DNA of 64,000 bases from NCBI GenBank assembly GCA_963693365.1, contig CAVNZM010000001.1, positions 2,062,907 through 2,126,906 on the forward strand, given 5' to 3'. A program made the translations under genes and the position numbers. The notes under the pieces are model-generated. The model had not been told where the DNA came from, made no database searches, and worked only from the letters and a program-made list of their open reading frames with translations. The first letter of the stretch is position 1. Every line of letters starts with the position of its first letter. The DNA is from Amoebidium appalachense. Its lineage: Eukaryota > Protista > Ichthyosporea. Below are positions 26,763 through 38,043 of the stretch, piece by piece.

Positions 26763-27213
26763 ATCGGCAGTGGTTAGGTTGTGATCTCAAGGCTAGCAAG
26801 ATCGCTAGTCTCTGCACCAGGACAAAAATCCAAAATGGTAGCATGAACAGGGGTTCAGTGGGGACTGAGGGGGCAGTCCACCCTAACCTGATTCTGCGAT
26901 TCGTCCTGAGTGGGGATGTTGGAAGATGGTATCGTTATCCAGTCCGATCGCATGAATCAGATCATGATCGGCTGGTGGCCTGCGAGATCTTAACCGATCT
27001 CGTAGCTCAGTTGGTAGAGCACTCGACCGGAGATAGAGGGGTCGCGGGTTCAAATCCCGTCGGGATCATCTTTTTCTCATCCTCTTCTCGCTGGGGTAAA
27101 AGCCAGCACGCCTTTACTGGCGTCATCACAACCATCGGCAGTGGTTAGGTTGTGATCTCAAGGCTAGCAAGATCGCTAGTCTCTGCACCAGGACAAAATC
27201 CAAAATGGTAGCA
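26763..27213 (+). mobile_element. tRNA-bearing TRIM, 5'-truncated copy (partial LTR, internal region, full LTR 26917-27205, 8-nt PBS-like tail)
   Basis: Near-identical to 28688-29347 in opposite orientation. Confidence 0.87.
26996..27068 (+). tRNA. tRNA-like Pol III unit in TRIM LTR (loop reads GGA; probably non-decoding)
   Basis: 73-nt cloverleaf: acceptor GATCTCG/CGGGATC, A-box TAGCTCAGTTGG, B-box GGTTCAAATCC, T5 just downstream. Confidence 0.78.
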
Positions 27214-28824
27214 AACCTTGCCCTGGAGACGGGCAGAACGACGGGGTGCAGGAACCGGGGTAGGTGGAGACGGTGGGGGGGGAACTTGGAAGTTCGGAAG
27301 TGCAGGGGGGGCAACCTCCGGGCTGGACGGGGCCGAGTGGAAGTTGTCGGGGGAGCCGGGTCGGATGGGTGTGACGTTGCCAGGGCCAGGATGAGGGTCG
27401 GCAGGCTGGACGGGCACGGGGGCAGGGGGGCCGGTGGGGGGGGGGTGTCGGGGGAACGACGATGGCAGGAGGGGGGCCAGAGTACACCAGACAAACATCA
27501 TCTTCAGTGTCAACTGTGGGGGGTGGGGTGGTCGAGGTAGCAGTGGTGTCGGGGGTCGGAAGGGTTGATGGAATGTCGGACGGGAGATAAGCTGATTCGT
27601 CGAAAATCACATCACGGAAGAGGCCGACACGATGGGTGGTGGCATTGAAGATCCGGTGGCAGTGTGATTGAAGATCATAGCCGATATACATGCCGAGTTT
27701 GACGGTGGGGGCCAGCTTGTTCCGTTTAGAGGCTGGCACGTGAGTGTAGGCAGGGCAACCGAACACTTTGAGCTCGGAGATGTCGGGCTTGACACCGTAG
27801 AAAACCTCGAATGGTGTACGACCATTGGCAGTCGTGGACGGGGTGACGTTGATGATGTAGGCGGCATGTTGGAGGGCCTCAGCCCACAGTTTGGGAGACA
27901 GAGACTGATCTTGGACTTGATGGAGGAGGCAACGGACAATCTCTTGGAGGAACCGCATACGTCGTTCAACATAGCCGTTCAGTTGAGGGCAGTCCACCGG
28001 AGCATAGCTGGCCTTGATGCCCTGGGAGAGGCAAAAAGCACGGGTATCCTTGGAGGTGAACTCAGAGCCGGAGTCGAAGTGGTAAACACCAACTTTGGAG
28101 GGGGCATGGGTGGCAACGAGGTTGGTGTGAGCTGTGAGAATATCCAGGGTGGTGGTACGGTCGGCCATCGGGTAGATCTTGACGAGGCCAGAGGCACGGC
28201 AGACAGTGACGAGAGCAACCTTGGAACCTCCGTACGATGTTGTGGTAGGCTCAAAAAAATCCCAATGCCATTCATGACCGGGGATGTTGGAGTGAGGACG
28301 GTCACCCCTGAACGGAGCCTTGGTGGTCTTACCCATAATGCAGCCATGACAATCAGGAACATCACAGTCGAGGACAGAGGAGGGGAGACCAATAACAAGG
28401 TCGTGTTTCACCATGTCCTTGATGCTGGTCATAGCTCGGTGCCCCAGACGATGGTGCCAGATGGATGGGTTAACACTGGTAGTGGCAGCCAGAGCCACAG
28501 GACGAGTGGGTGGTTGAATGGTGTAGTCCTTGAAGTAATACAGACCGTTGTGTAGACGGAGGTTGACGAGATGACGGCCGGTGAGTCGGTCGAAGAGGAA
28601 TGACGGAGTGGAGGCATCGTTCAAATCACCCTTGATGTATTCGGCAGCAGCTTGGGATGTTGAAATGAGGAAGGCTTGGCCAGACGGTTTTAGATTTTGT
28701 CCTGGTGCAGAGACTAGCGATCTTGCTAGCCTTGAGATCACAACCTAACCACTGCCGATGGTTGTGATGACGCCAATAAAGGCGTGCTGGCTTTTACCCC
28801 AGCGAGAAGAGGATGAGAAAAAGA

Positions 28825-28897
28825 TGATCCCGACGGGATTTGAACCCGCGACCCCTCTATCTCCGGTCGAGTGCTCTACCAACTGAGCTACGAGATC
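28825..28897 (-). tRNA. tRNA-like unit in TRIM 3' LTR
   Basis: Same cloverleaf and A/B boxes as 26996-27068. Confidence 0.78.
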
Positions 28898-29195
28898 GGT
28901 TAAGATCTCGCAGGCCACCAGCCGATCATGATCTGATTCATGCGATCGGACTGGATAACGATACCATCTTCCAACATCCCCACTCAGGACGAATCGCAGA
29001 ATCAGGTTAGGGTGGACTGCCCCCTCAGTCCCCACTGAACCTCTGTTCTCTGCTACCATTTTAGATTTTGTCCTGGTGCAGAGACTAGCGATCTTGCTAG
29101 CCTTGAGATCACAACCTAACCACTGCCGATGGTTGTGATGACGCCAATAAAGGCGTGCTGGCTTTTACCCCAGCGAGAAGAGGATGAGAAAAAGA

Positions 29196-29268
29196 TGATC
29201 CCGACGGGATTTGAACCCGCGACCCGTCTATCTCCGGTCGAGTGCTCTACCAACTGAGCTACGAGATC
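29196..29268 (-). tRNA. tRNA-like unit in TRIM 5' LTR
   Basis: Same cloverleaf, one substitution in the anticodon stem. Confidence 0.76.
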
Positions 29269-30731
29269 GGTTAAGATCTCGCAGGCCACCAGCCGATCAT
29301 GATCTGATTCATGCGATCGGACTGGATAACGATACCATCTTCCAACAGACGGGGTGTAGTAGGCTTCAATGGTTAGGGTGGTAGTGCCATGGTCGGTGGT
29401 GGTGTTGATGACGATATGGCCGGTGTGAGTGGCCAAGACGGGGGTGCCATTGAAGGCAGCAACGGGAGTCGGTGTCGGAAGGGGAGTGAGGTCATGGAAG
29501 AACTCACGGGTGGGGCAAACAGTCATGTTGCACCCGGAATCCCAGGCAGGGTCGGAGGACACGGGGACGGAGCTAGCATTGTATGCCGAGAAAGCAAAGG
29601 AGACAGATTTCTCACTGCCTTGACGGGAACGGTTGTGTCTGGACATACGGCATTTCGGCTCAGGGCAATCGATGATCGTGTGATCAGGCTCGTGGCAGTA
29701 GGAGCATTCTTTCACGGACGGGGTGTTAGAACGAGCCGGGGAATCAGAACGACGGGAACCCGAGAAACGGGAACGACTGGGGGAACGAGACGTGGACCGG
29801 AAGGCAGGCCGGTGGGGGGAACGGGATCGGGTGTGCTGACGGGAGAGACGAGTTCGGAGGTCCGTGCCAGAGGTACGGTCAAGTCGGGTGCGTAAGTCAC
29901 GGCGAGGAAGATCACGGGGGGGAGCACTGGCATTTAATGCCATGCTGGACTTGGAGGCACGGTGGGCACGGTTGTTCCGGAGTTGCATCTTGAGGTCTTG
30001 ACGTAACTCGATGCCCTTGACGTGGTTATGGAGGGACTCGAAGTCGGGGAATAGCTTATCACCGAAGTGATAGTCTTCGATAAGACGATTGAACTCAGGG
30101 GTGAGGTCGTCTCTGGTGGTGAGTTCATTGAAGAACTTCTCAGCTAGACGAGTGAAGTGAATGGACTCATCTTGGAGAGACTGGAGCTGGTTCACGATGG
30201 TCTGCAGACGGCTCAGGTAGGTGGTGAATGATTCACCGGGCTGAAGGGCACAGGCATCCCACTGACGGTGAAGGATGCGGATCTGATCGGGTTTGCCTTG
30301 GAGATAGTGTTGACGGAATTTCCACATGGCCCGTTCAGGGTCCATGCCAATACGGTACTGGGCAACGGTGGTGAGGACGGAAGGGTCGATGTTCTGTATC
30401 ATATGGAGCAGGAGGCAATTGCGGGCCTCTTTGAGTTCCGCGGTAGTGCCGTAGCCATAGAAGGGGGGTTCACCGTCAACCGCGACGGTGGTAGGGGGGA
30501 CGTAGTTGTCAGCAAGGACAACATCCACGAGTCGGACACCTTTAGTGCCGGTCATCATGCCGAGAAAAATGATTTCCCATTGAAAATAGGTAGTTTTGCT
30601 ATCGGGACCAGTCTTCCCTTCACCTTTCCACATGGTGATTTTGTTTACGCCAGTTTTGTTTGGATCCATGATTGAAAAACGAGCGCGAGTTCTAGATGTG
30701 TGTAGGGAGCGTACAAAAGGGCTGCATAACC

Positions 30732-31656
30732 TGTTAATTTCTATAAGTATTTGGGATGTAAGCAGAGACACAGTGGTGCAGTGTGAAAACACCACAGACA
30801 CACACAACAACAAAACACGGAACGATCGGAGCAGTGTACACAACAGACATCAATGTTTAGACACGACTGAACTGAATTTATTCTGATCTTCGAATAAATA
30901 CCTGAAATTCCTCTAAGTCCAATCCATACATGATTTCCGACCAGTCGGAAATCAGATCCATCTCTAATAGAAACCAATCACTAAGAACCAATTGCTTTCA
31001 GAGAGATCCGGTACGCGGAGGCGTACACGATAGGACACAGACACTAGTTAGGATCAACTCGTGTCATCATCAAGGAAGTTCTAACCTATGACATACTGCA
31101 AAGACTCAGACATATCACACTTAACCTTGATGATTGGTTAAAGCCCGGCAACACATGAAAACTAAAGTGAATTAATGAAGTCTAAACACACATGCTATTC
31201 TAAGTGTAGCCTAAGTGTGTTACCGTCCAATGAACACGTATTAAGTAACACAAATCTACCTAACATATATTAGTAGAAAAGAAATACGATTATACACATG
31301 AAGACAAGGAGAGAAAGAAAAGAAAATAAGGAAGGAGAAAGAGGAAGGAAAAGAGAGCACAGATCAACAAACAAGATAGTAATAGCATAACTATAACCAG
31401 AGATATTTATGTACACACGAACATGTACACGTCTCTCCCTGAGTGGGTGGATCCGTGTACACACATATAAATATTCTAATCGATATTACAATACACGATT
31501 AAAGCCGATACAACACGATTACAAGTATACAAGCATATCGGAGATCGATGCTACACTTTACATAATAGGAGTGTGGCATTTACACTAAGCATATGAACTG
31601 AAACATAACACAAACTGAGAAGATCTTACCATATGTAAATACTACGTATTACAACA
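30732..31656 (-). repeat. LTR-A, 5' LTR
   Basis: 925 bp, PBS adjacent. Confidence 0.95.
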
Positions 31657-31825
31657 ACAATACACGATTAATGCCGATACAACACGATTACAAGTATACA
31701 AGCATATCCGAGATCGATGCTACACTTTACATAATAGGAGTGTGGCATTTACACTAAGCATATGAACTGAAACATAACACAAACTGAGAAGATCTTACCA
31801 TATGTAAATGTAACATATTACAACA

Positions 31826-32624
31826 ACGACCACGGGGTTGACGGAAGACGGAGCTGTCACGTCGGGGAATCCGGTGTCTGAGGTCGTCCTTGGTGAGGAC
31901 ACGGCTTTGAAGGGCACGTGCTGTTCGGACGGTGGAGGAGGACCCGGACCCAGAGTCGATGAGACCTTCACGGATCTCTGCAGCTCGGATGTCACTGATT
32001 AGACGGTTATAGGTCTCGTAGTTGATGATACGACGGAAGTAGTCGGCAATCATGGCCTGGATGTCGGAACAAACTAACCTACGGTTCTTCTTGAGGTGGA
32101 TGAAGAAGTTATCAACCATGGTCTTGTGAGGAATGGGTTCTTCGAGGATGTGCAGGGTAGTGCACAGACGGCGTGCCATGGTGAGGTAGGCCGTGACGGT
32201 CTGTCCTTGAGCTCAAGCTCATGGTAGTCGAGGAGGATTGGACGAGCACGATCTTCACGTTCAGCCGCATAGGTCATACGGAGGTTGTGGAAAGCTTGGG
32301 CAGGTGACACATCATCGTGGATTTGGCCAAAGTTATACAGCTCATCATTGGAGACGAGTTGAGTAACATCTGTTCAAGGAAGTTGGAAGCCTCGGTGTAG
32401 GCCTCCTCAGTGTCATAGCCATGCCACTCGTTCTCGTCGGAAGGGTCGACCCACTCGGGGACCTTGATGACGGGCACTAACTTGGCCGCGGTGGTAGTAC
32501 GTAGGTACCGGAAGATGACGGGTTCCCACTCATAATAGGTGTCGAGACGTTTGCCGGACTTCTTGTCCGTGGTATCATCCCCTTTCCAGGGGGTGAGGTT
32601 GAGATACGCAGGTTTCTCCGACAT
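31826..32624 (-). pseudogene. gag: Copia-B gag, frameshifted
   Basis: ORFs 32274-32633, 32074-32310 and 31754-32179 tile the gag seen at 8140-9976. Confidence 0.85.
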
Positions 32625-32746
32625 GGTGATCAATCAGTCAGATGATGCGCGAGAGAGAGAGGAATCAGATCCGTATTCAAATTTGAATATTTTCGATTAC
32701 AGTGTGAGTATGTGTTGCGAGAACGTGCGAAAATGGGCCTTTAACC

Positions 32747-33928
32747 TGTTGTTTTGTACGGGTCAAGGGAGCAGAGTGCACAGAGGTGTCATGTAAAACA
32801 CGACTAACACATTAATGAGAGGGCATTCGGAGTTGTTCACGAGACATTGAAAGATTCAAACAACAACTGCTAGCTACACTCGTTGTCTTTCCTTTATTTC
32901 AAAATGGCTTAGTTTTGTTCTCAAAAGGATGGCTCGCCAATAGTCGCGAGCGAGTACATCTGTAGATCGTGTTGTGCATTCCTGTCTATTAATATATGTG
33001 TGTTGTGATTGGACAATAGATATATATGGAATTCGGTTTATTGCAAAGTGTCTTCACTTTGAGAGTGTCGACTATTAGGAAATATATGTATTTAAATAAG
33101 TTTCTTTATAGAGACGAACATAAATATATATGTGAGTTAATAGTGACTAGATGTATAATCACTTAATTTATTTAAGTAAGAGTTTCTAAACTTTAGTTTA
33201 ATCGGAAGTTGGAATGTGTATGCTCTGTCGGAATGTGTTTTTCTATCTTCTGATAGAACCGATTGGTTCTTCCTCTTTAGTTGTGATAAGGTGATAAGTC
33301 GCAAGTACAAAAGGAACCGAGAGCACAATAAAGAATCAGTTGTTGTTTGAAATCTTTCAATGTCTCGTGAACAACTCCGATTGCCCTCTCATTAATGTGT
33401 TAGTCGTGTTTTACATGACACCTCTGTGCACTCTGCTCCCTTAGACCCGAACAAAACAACACTTCTTGAGTTTCCAGACCTTGTGCTCGTTGCCGGGGGT
33501 GATGAAGCCAGGTGGTGGCTCAATGTAGATGTCTTCTTGAAGAGGACTGTTGAGGAAGGCCGTTGAGACGTCGAGCTGATGAATCTCATGGTTGCTAGTC
33601 ACTATTAACTCACATATATATTTATTTAAAGAAACTTATTTAAATACATATATTTCCTAATAGTCGACACTCTCAAAGTGGCGAGCCATCCTTTTGAGAA
33701 CAAAACTAGGCCATTTTGAAATAAAGGAAAGACAACGAGTGAGGCTAGCCAATCACGCTACCTCTCAGATAAACAGAGGAGAGCAAACAGAAATAAAAAC
33801 ACAATAAGTTCTTATCAGGCAAGAGAGTCAGGTGTGCACAGATCTACAGATATCTGTGCTCACAGAAACAAGGGAGAGAGAGATAGGGGGGGGGGGGGGG
33901 GGGGGGAGAGAGAGAGAGAGAGGGGGGG

Positions 33929-33969
<41 letters not shown>

Positions 33970-34057
33970 AGAAGGAAAGCAGACACGAATACAAACAAGC
34001 TAGGACACATACATACTTCAAGGCTCTTGCTGTCATACATGGTGACGTATTCCAACA
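32747..34057 (-). repeat. Scrambled LTR-B between two tandem Copia-B elements (inverted segment about 32868-33461, foreign RT scrap 33462-33590)
   Basis: PBS on the left, PPT on the right; pieces match 13158-15068. Confidence 0.8.
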
Positions 34058-37000
34058 TCCCCACTCAAGGGGTTGAAGTTTGTGTTCTCGTGTCTGTTGA
34101 TGTGACGGTAGATGAGGTCCAAACACAGGAGGGGCCGTCACACTCAAGTTTCCCCACTCGAGGATGCAAACCGAAGATCCTTGAGGTGGGAAGGAGAAAA
34201 TCAAAACTGAAGAGGCACACAACGACGGTTGCCTCTGAAGACGCGGAACAATAAATCATGGTGGTTATCGGCGATATATATATATAGAGGAAACACTAGT
34301 GTATGTGTGACGTGTTGGTGGCTAATGGTTTATACTGGGGACCACCCAGGTAAACACAAGGCATGAACATCTTGTGGACTGATTTATAGACTGGTTGTCA
34401 ACCAGTTAAGACACGGGGAAGGTGCATCCCGTGGACTAGGTTTAGACTGGCAGTCAACCAGCACGTCATAGCTATAGATAATTATTTATACTGGGACGCC
34501 ATCACAGTTCGACATATATATAAAGTCGAATATAGAAGAAAACCAATATATATGGTGGGATATGAATATAAATAAACGACGGATGGTGGAGAATAATCCC
34601 CACTGAAGATGCACACATATGACGATGTAAGACTGAGTCCCCACTGATGAAGAGAAACGAGGAGGAGTAGTAGACTTTCGTTGGGAGGCATCTTGATCAC
34701 CGTAGGTGTGTCAACTGCTGTCCAGGGCCCCAACCTACTCAGAAACCACTCGATGATGAACACCAGTGCACGGGTCAGTCACGGAGACTGAGGTTGGCAC
34801 GGTGTGTGTCGTGGGCCGGACCAGCCAGAGGCTTGGTGAAGATGTCGGCCAGGTTCTTCTTGGTGTCGATGTAGGTGACAGTGACGTCCCCACTGTTGAT
34901 GTAGTCCTTGGTGTTGAAGTAACGAACGGCAATGTGCTTGGTCCGGTGCTTGATGGTGTTGGAGTGGACCAGAGCAATGGTGGACTGATTGTCACAGTAC
35001 ACTGGGGTGGGCTCGGTCATGGGCTACTAGCCCAGCTCCTTTAGTAGATCACGGTGCCAGACAACATCTTGCACGGCAGCATTGAGGGCCAGGAGCTCGG
35101 CCTCACAGGTGGAAGTTGCAGTGATCGTCTGCAGCTTGGAGTGGTAGGTGACGGGGGAGCCTTCGAGGAGGATGACGTACCCAGACGTGGAACGACGGGT
35201 GGTGGGGCAACCAGCAAAGTCAGAATCCGAGTAGCACTCAAGGATGGGCACCTTGCTGTTGGGGGCCTTCTTCTTGTAGTAGAGGCCGAGGTTGATGGTG
35301 CCGAGCAGGTAATGAACGACACGGAGGAGAAGCTCCCAGGCAGTCTTGGTGGGCTTGGAGCTGAATCGGCCGAGGTAGCTAATGGCATACGAGATGTCAG
35401 GCCGGGAGCACCGAGCAACCCACAGCAGACGGCCGAGGAGTTCACGGTAGGGGACGGTGGTGGGCAGGGATGAGAGGGAGGTCTCGTTGATGATGGTGCC
35501 CACGGGAATAGGGGTTGCCTTAGGCTTGGCATCGACCAGGTTGAAGTCGGTGATGATGTCCTTGATGTAGGAGGACTGCAGCAGCTTGAGGGAGTCACGG
35601 GTGTACAGCAGTTGGGTGCCGAGGAAGATGTCTGGCAGACCGACCTTGCACTCGGCAGACTTCGTGATGTGACGAACAAGCCCCTGCATGATGGTGGAGT
35701 GCCGTGTGCAGGTGATGATGGCATCATCAACGTAGTTGCCCGAACGGATGATGTGCCCGTTGGGGAACTGACGGAAGTAGACACACGGATCGGAACGGAG
35801 ACGGGTGAGGCCATGGGCAATGAGAATGGAGTTGAAGAACTCGTACCATGCCAGGGATGCCTGCTTGAATCCGTAGATGGCCTTCTTGAGTTTCCAGACT
35901 TTGTGTTCATTGCCGGGGAGGATAAAACCAGGAGGTTGCTCCATGTACAAAGTCTCGTCGAGGGGGCTGTTGAGGAAGGCCGTGCTGATGTCGAGTTGAT
36001 GGATCTCGTGGTCCTGTTGCACACCGAGGGCAAGCAGGGCACGGACGGAGGAGGACATGACGACGGGGGAAGAGTTTTCACCGTAGTCAACACCGTAGAC
36101 TTGGGTGAAACCCTTTGCCACACCACGACCCTTGATCTTGGTGTCACCAGCAGAGTTGAGGACCTTCTCCGTGACAATCCACTTGAATCGGATGATGTTG
36201 GCATCGGAGGGGGGCTCAACTACGTCGAAGATGTCCTTGTCGATGAAAGCCTTGTACTCGGCAGTGAGGGCAGTCACCACTTCATCACCCTTGGTGCCGG
36301 AGCACAGCTTCTGAATTGACCGGGGCAGCTGAGACACATCAAGGCTGGGTCGGGAGAGGCTCACCATTGCCATGGCAGGCCGGGAGGAGAGACGGGAGGA
36401 ACGACGGGGGACGGTACGGAGGGGCTCAGGGGCCGGGGGGGTGTCTGGGACAGACACTCGGTGGTCGGGGATGGGGGCCTGGAAGCCAGGGATGGGTGCC
36501 GTGTTGAGGGGGGGAGTCGGATAACACGGGGCTGGACGGGGCCGTGTGGAACTCCGGAGACCCAGGACGAACCGGGGTGAGATGACCAGGTACGTGGTCA
36601 TTGACGGCAGGGGCCGGCAGCAGGGGTTGCTGACCGGTGGGGGGGGGGGGGGTGGGTGGAGCCACGGGGGCAGGTACACGACGGTGGGAACGACGGATAA
36701 TCACCGACGGAATTTCATCGTCATCGGAATTGGAATTTCCGGAATGCAGGGATGAATCGATTGAGGTCGTCTGATTGGTGGCCTGCACAGAAATCTGATT
36801 GGATGCCGTGGTGAATTGTGATTCGTCGAAGACGACATCGCGGTAGAGGTTGACCGTGTTGCCACGTAGATTCATGATCTTGTGGGCTTTGTTGGTGATA
36901 TCCCAGCCCACGTAGGTGCCGAGTTTGACGGTAGAGGCCAACTTGTCTCGTTTGGATGCAGGGACGTGTACATAGGCTGGGCAGCCGAACACGTGCAGGT

Positions 37001-38043
37001 GGGAGATGTCAGGCTTGACACCGTAGAAAATTTCAAACGGTGTACGGCCATTGGCAGCTCTGGCCGGGGTCACGTTGATGATGTAGGCAGCATGCTTGAG
37101 AGCAGCTCCCCACAGCTTGGGGGAAAGGGAGTCGGCCTTGTCCTGATGAAGGAAGCACCTAACGATCTCCTGCAGATCCCTCATCTTACGTTCAACGAAG
37201 CCGTTGAGTTGGGGGCAGTCAACCGGGGCAAATTCCTGAATGATGCCCTTGGACTGGCAGTACTGCTCCATAGCGTGGGAGGTGAACTCGGACCCAGAGT
37301 CTGAACGGAAGTGGCTCACCACCTTGTCGGGTTGCTTGTCAGTAGTCTCAACCAGGGCCTTGACGTATTCGAGAGTTTCGGATCGATCACGGAGGAGGTA
37401 CACGATGGTGTAGCCGGAGGCATCACAGGTACACACGAGGGCCACCTTGTAGCCACCATAGGAGGCACAGGGAGGCTTGAAGAAGTCCATGTGCCACTTG
37501 GCACCGGGGAAGGGGCACTGGGTTCTGGTGCCGGAGAATTGGGGCCTTGGTGGTCTTGCCGGAGACACAACCGAAGCAGTCAGTGGTGTCAGCCACTGAG
37601 AGGGATGAGGGGAGACCTGTCACGAGGTCACCTCTCACCATCTTGGTGAGGGTGGACAGGGCACGATGGCCGAGACGGTGGTGCCAGAGCTGAGGATCAT
37701 TGTTGACCTTGACGTTGGCTACTAGAGCAGTGACGGTCCGAGGGATGGAGGGACGTATCTCATAGTCAGTGATGAAGTACAGTCCATCTGTGCCTGTGAG
37801 GGAACACACGATGTTGCCACCACGAGTGTAGAGGTATGATGGGAATGCATCCTCATCATCGAGGTGGGCAAGGAGACCCGACTTGGAGGCCATTGAGGGT
37901 GAAATCAGGAAGGCTGGGGAGTCGGGTACGTAGAGGGTGTTGAGGCTCAGTACTGATGTTACTCCGTTGTAGGTGACGGCCAGGTTGATGACACCACGGT
38001 GATGTGCAGTGACGATGCCGAGGCCGTGGACGTCAGTTGGGGG
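34058..38043 (-). mobile_element. Copia-B element 3, 5'-truncated in protease
   Basis: 3' UTR plus RH-RT-IN-PR collinear with other B copies. Confidence 0.9.
34775..38043 (-). pseudogene. pol: Copia-B pol with frameshifts
   Basis: ORFs 34775-35020, 35027-36679, 36426-37568, 37423-37893. Confidence 0.9.

Larger units (their letters stand above)
28688..29347 (-). mobile_element. Complete 660-bp TRIM with tRNA-containing LTRs (Helenus/TRIMp3-like), TSD GACGG
   Basis: LTRs 29059-29347 and 28688-28976 (289 bp), 82-bp internal with PBS TGGTAGCAGAG and PPT GAGTGGGGA; empty site at about 53993. Confidence 0.93.
27214..30669 (-). pseudogene. Copia-A gag-PR-IN interrupted by TRIM
   Basis: CSYCHEPDHTIIDC, WDSGCN, WHHRLGH, DSGSEF; matches 52530-55315. 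Confidence 0.9.
26317..31656 (-). mobile_element. Copia-A element inserted in an LTR-A (TSD ACAAT); RT/RH missing; carries two TRIM copies
   Basis: 5' LTR 30732-31656, PBS, gag-PR-IN, partial 3' LTR 26317-26722; ACAAT at 26312-26316 and 31657-31661. Confidence 0.9.
25557..31825 (-). repeat. LTR-A split into 25557-26316 and 31657-31825 by a nested Copia-A
   Basis: Halves rejoin across TSD ACAAT. Confidence 0.85.

Noticed and set aside
26996-27068. Functional tRNA-Ser(GGA) gene
   Set aside because: No long variable arm, C at position 33, anticodon-stem mismatch, embedded in a mobile LTR
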